From Candidatus Binatia bacterium (GTDB taxonomy: Bacteria; Desulfobacterota; Binatia; Bin18): a DNA stretch of 64,000 nt. The DNA lies in contig CAXXHG010000039.1 of assembly GCA_963666315.2 (NCBI GenBank), positions 96,001-160,000 on the forward strand, read 5' to 3'. Of this stretch, positions 63,549 to 64,000 are shown piece by piece (position 1 is the stretch's first letter; the number at the start of each line of letters is the position of its first letter). Made by a program: the position numbers and the translations under genes. A model generated the notes under the pieces. The model saw only the letters and a list, made by a program, of their open reading frames with translations, was not told the DNA's origin and made no database searches.

Positions 63549-64000
63549 CTAGCGGCGCGCTTGTACTTCAGCCAGATTGACGCAGTTAATGAGTGGCTCG
63601 CCTGCGCGAAGTCGGTTGACGTTCGCCGCTAAGCCACGAGCAATGTCGTTATACGACAAGTCTGTCACTCCGGCGGTGTGGGGTGTCGCTATCACGTTGT
63701 ACTGGAAAAGCGGATCGCTTGGATCCGTCGGCTCGTCCCAGAACACATCCAAGCCGGCACCGGCGATCTGCTTCTGCTTGAGGGCTTCGACCAGCGCGTC
63801 GTGGTCGATCACCGGCCCCCGGCCGACATTAATGAGAAAAGCTTTGTTCTTCATGCCGGCGAAGGCTAGGGTGTCGATAATTCCATGCGTTTGCGGTGTG
63901 ACGGGAAGCGCCAAGACCACGAAATCCGCTTCTGCCAGAACGCGAGCCAAATCCTGCACGCCCCCAAGAAAATCAAGGCCACATGCTGCTTGCACTTCGT
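63549..64000 (-). CDS. D-isomer-specific 2-hydroxyacid dehydrogenase (C-terminal part)
   Basis: LINVGRG, GAGLDVFWDEP and TPHTAG. The gene runs off the window edge. Confidence 0.92.
   Translation of the reverse strand, partial: EVQAACGLDFLGGVQDLARVLAEADFVVLALPVTPQTHGIIDTLAFAGMKNKAFLINVGRGPVIDHDALVEALKQKQIAGAGLDVFWDEPTDPSDPLFQYNVIATPHTAGVTDLSYNDIARGLAANVNRLRAGEPLINCVNLAEVQARR

Overview
This is a GC-rich (about 55-60% by eye) bacterial chromosomal window. Gene order and content look like a deltaproteobacterial or Binatia-type diderm, which is inference only. Positions 1-10.8 kb are a decaying accessory region beside tRNA-Leu(CAG). It holds a GT2, an amidohydrolase with an in-frame TGA, small membrane and secreted proteins, and a RAYT remnant whose REP-like end was hit by an IS4/IS10-like element with intact ends. 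It also holds CoA-transferase and IS30 fragments, a PKD protein, and a duplicated promoter plus 5' half of the tRNA. The core blocks are valS-nadC-birA-coaX-EF-G2, ilvN-ilvC-psd-pssA-(Leu attenuator)-leuA-leuB, glnB-glnA, plsY, tRNA-Pro, rlmD, a Rieske/DUF2231/CDGSH/thiO/hemQ cluster, argBDFGH and dapFAB. Five observations stand out: (1) a tightly coupled three-gene module encoding an outer-membrane barrel, a periplasmic type-1-copper-motif protein and a HAMP class III cyclase with non-canonical specificity residues; (2) an AhpD/CMD-family selenoprotein (CxxU plus SECIS-like hairpin) that the ORF track splits in two; (3) a second in-frame UGA, in the amidohydrolase; (4) the 5'-half tRNA duplication; (5) nonsense and frameshift lesions confined to accessory genes. 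All calls come from reading the sequence and recognising motifs. No database search was run.
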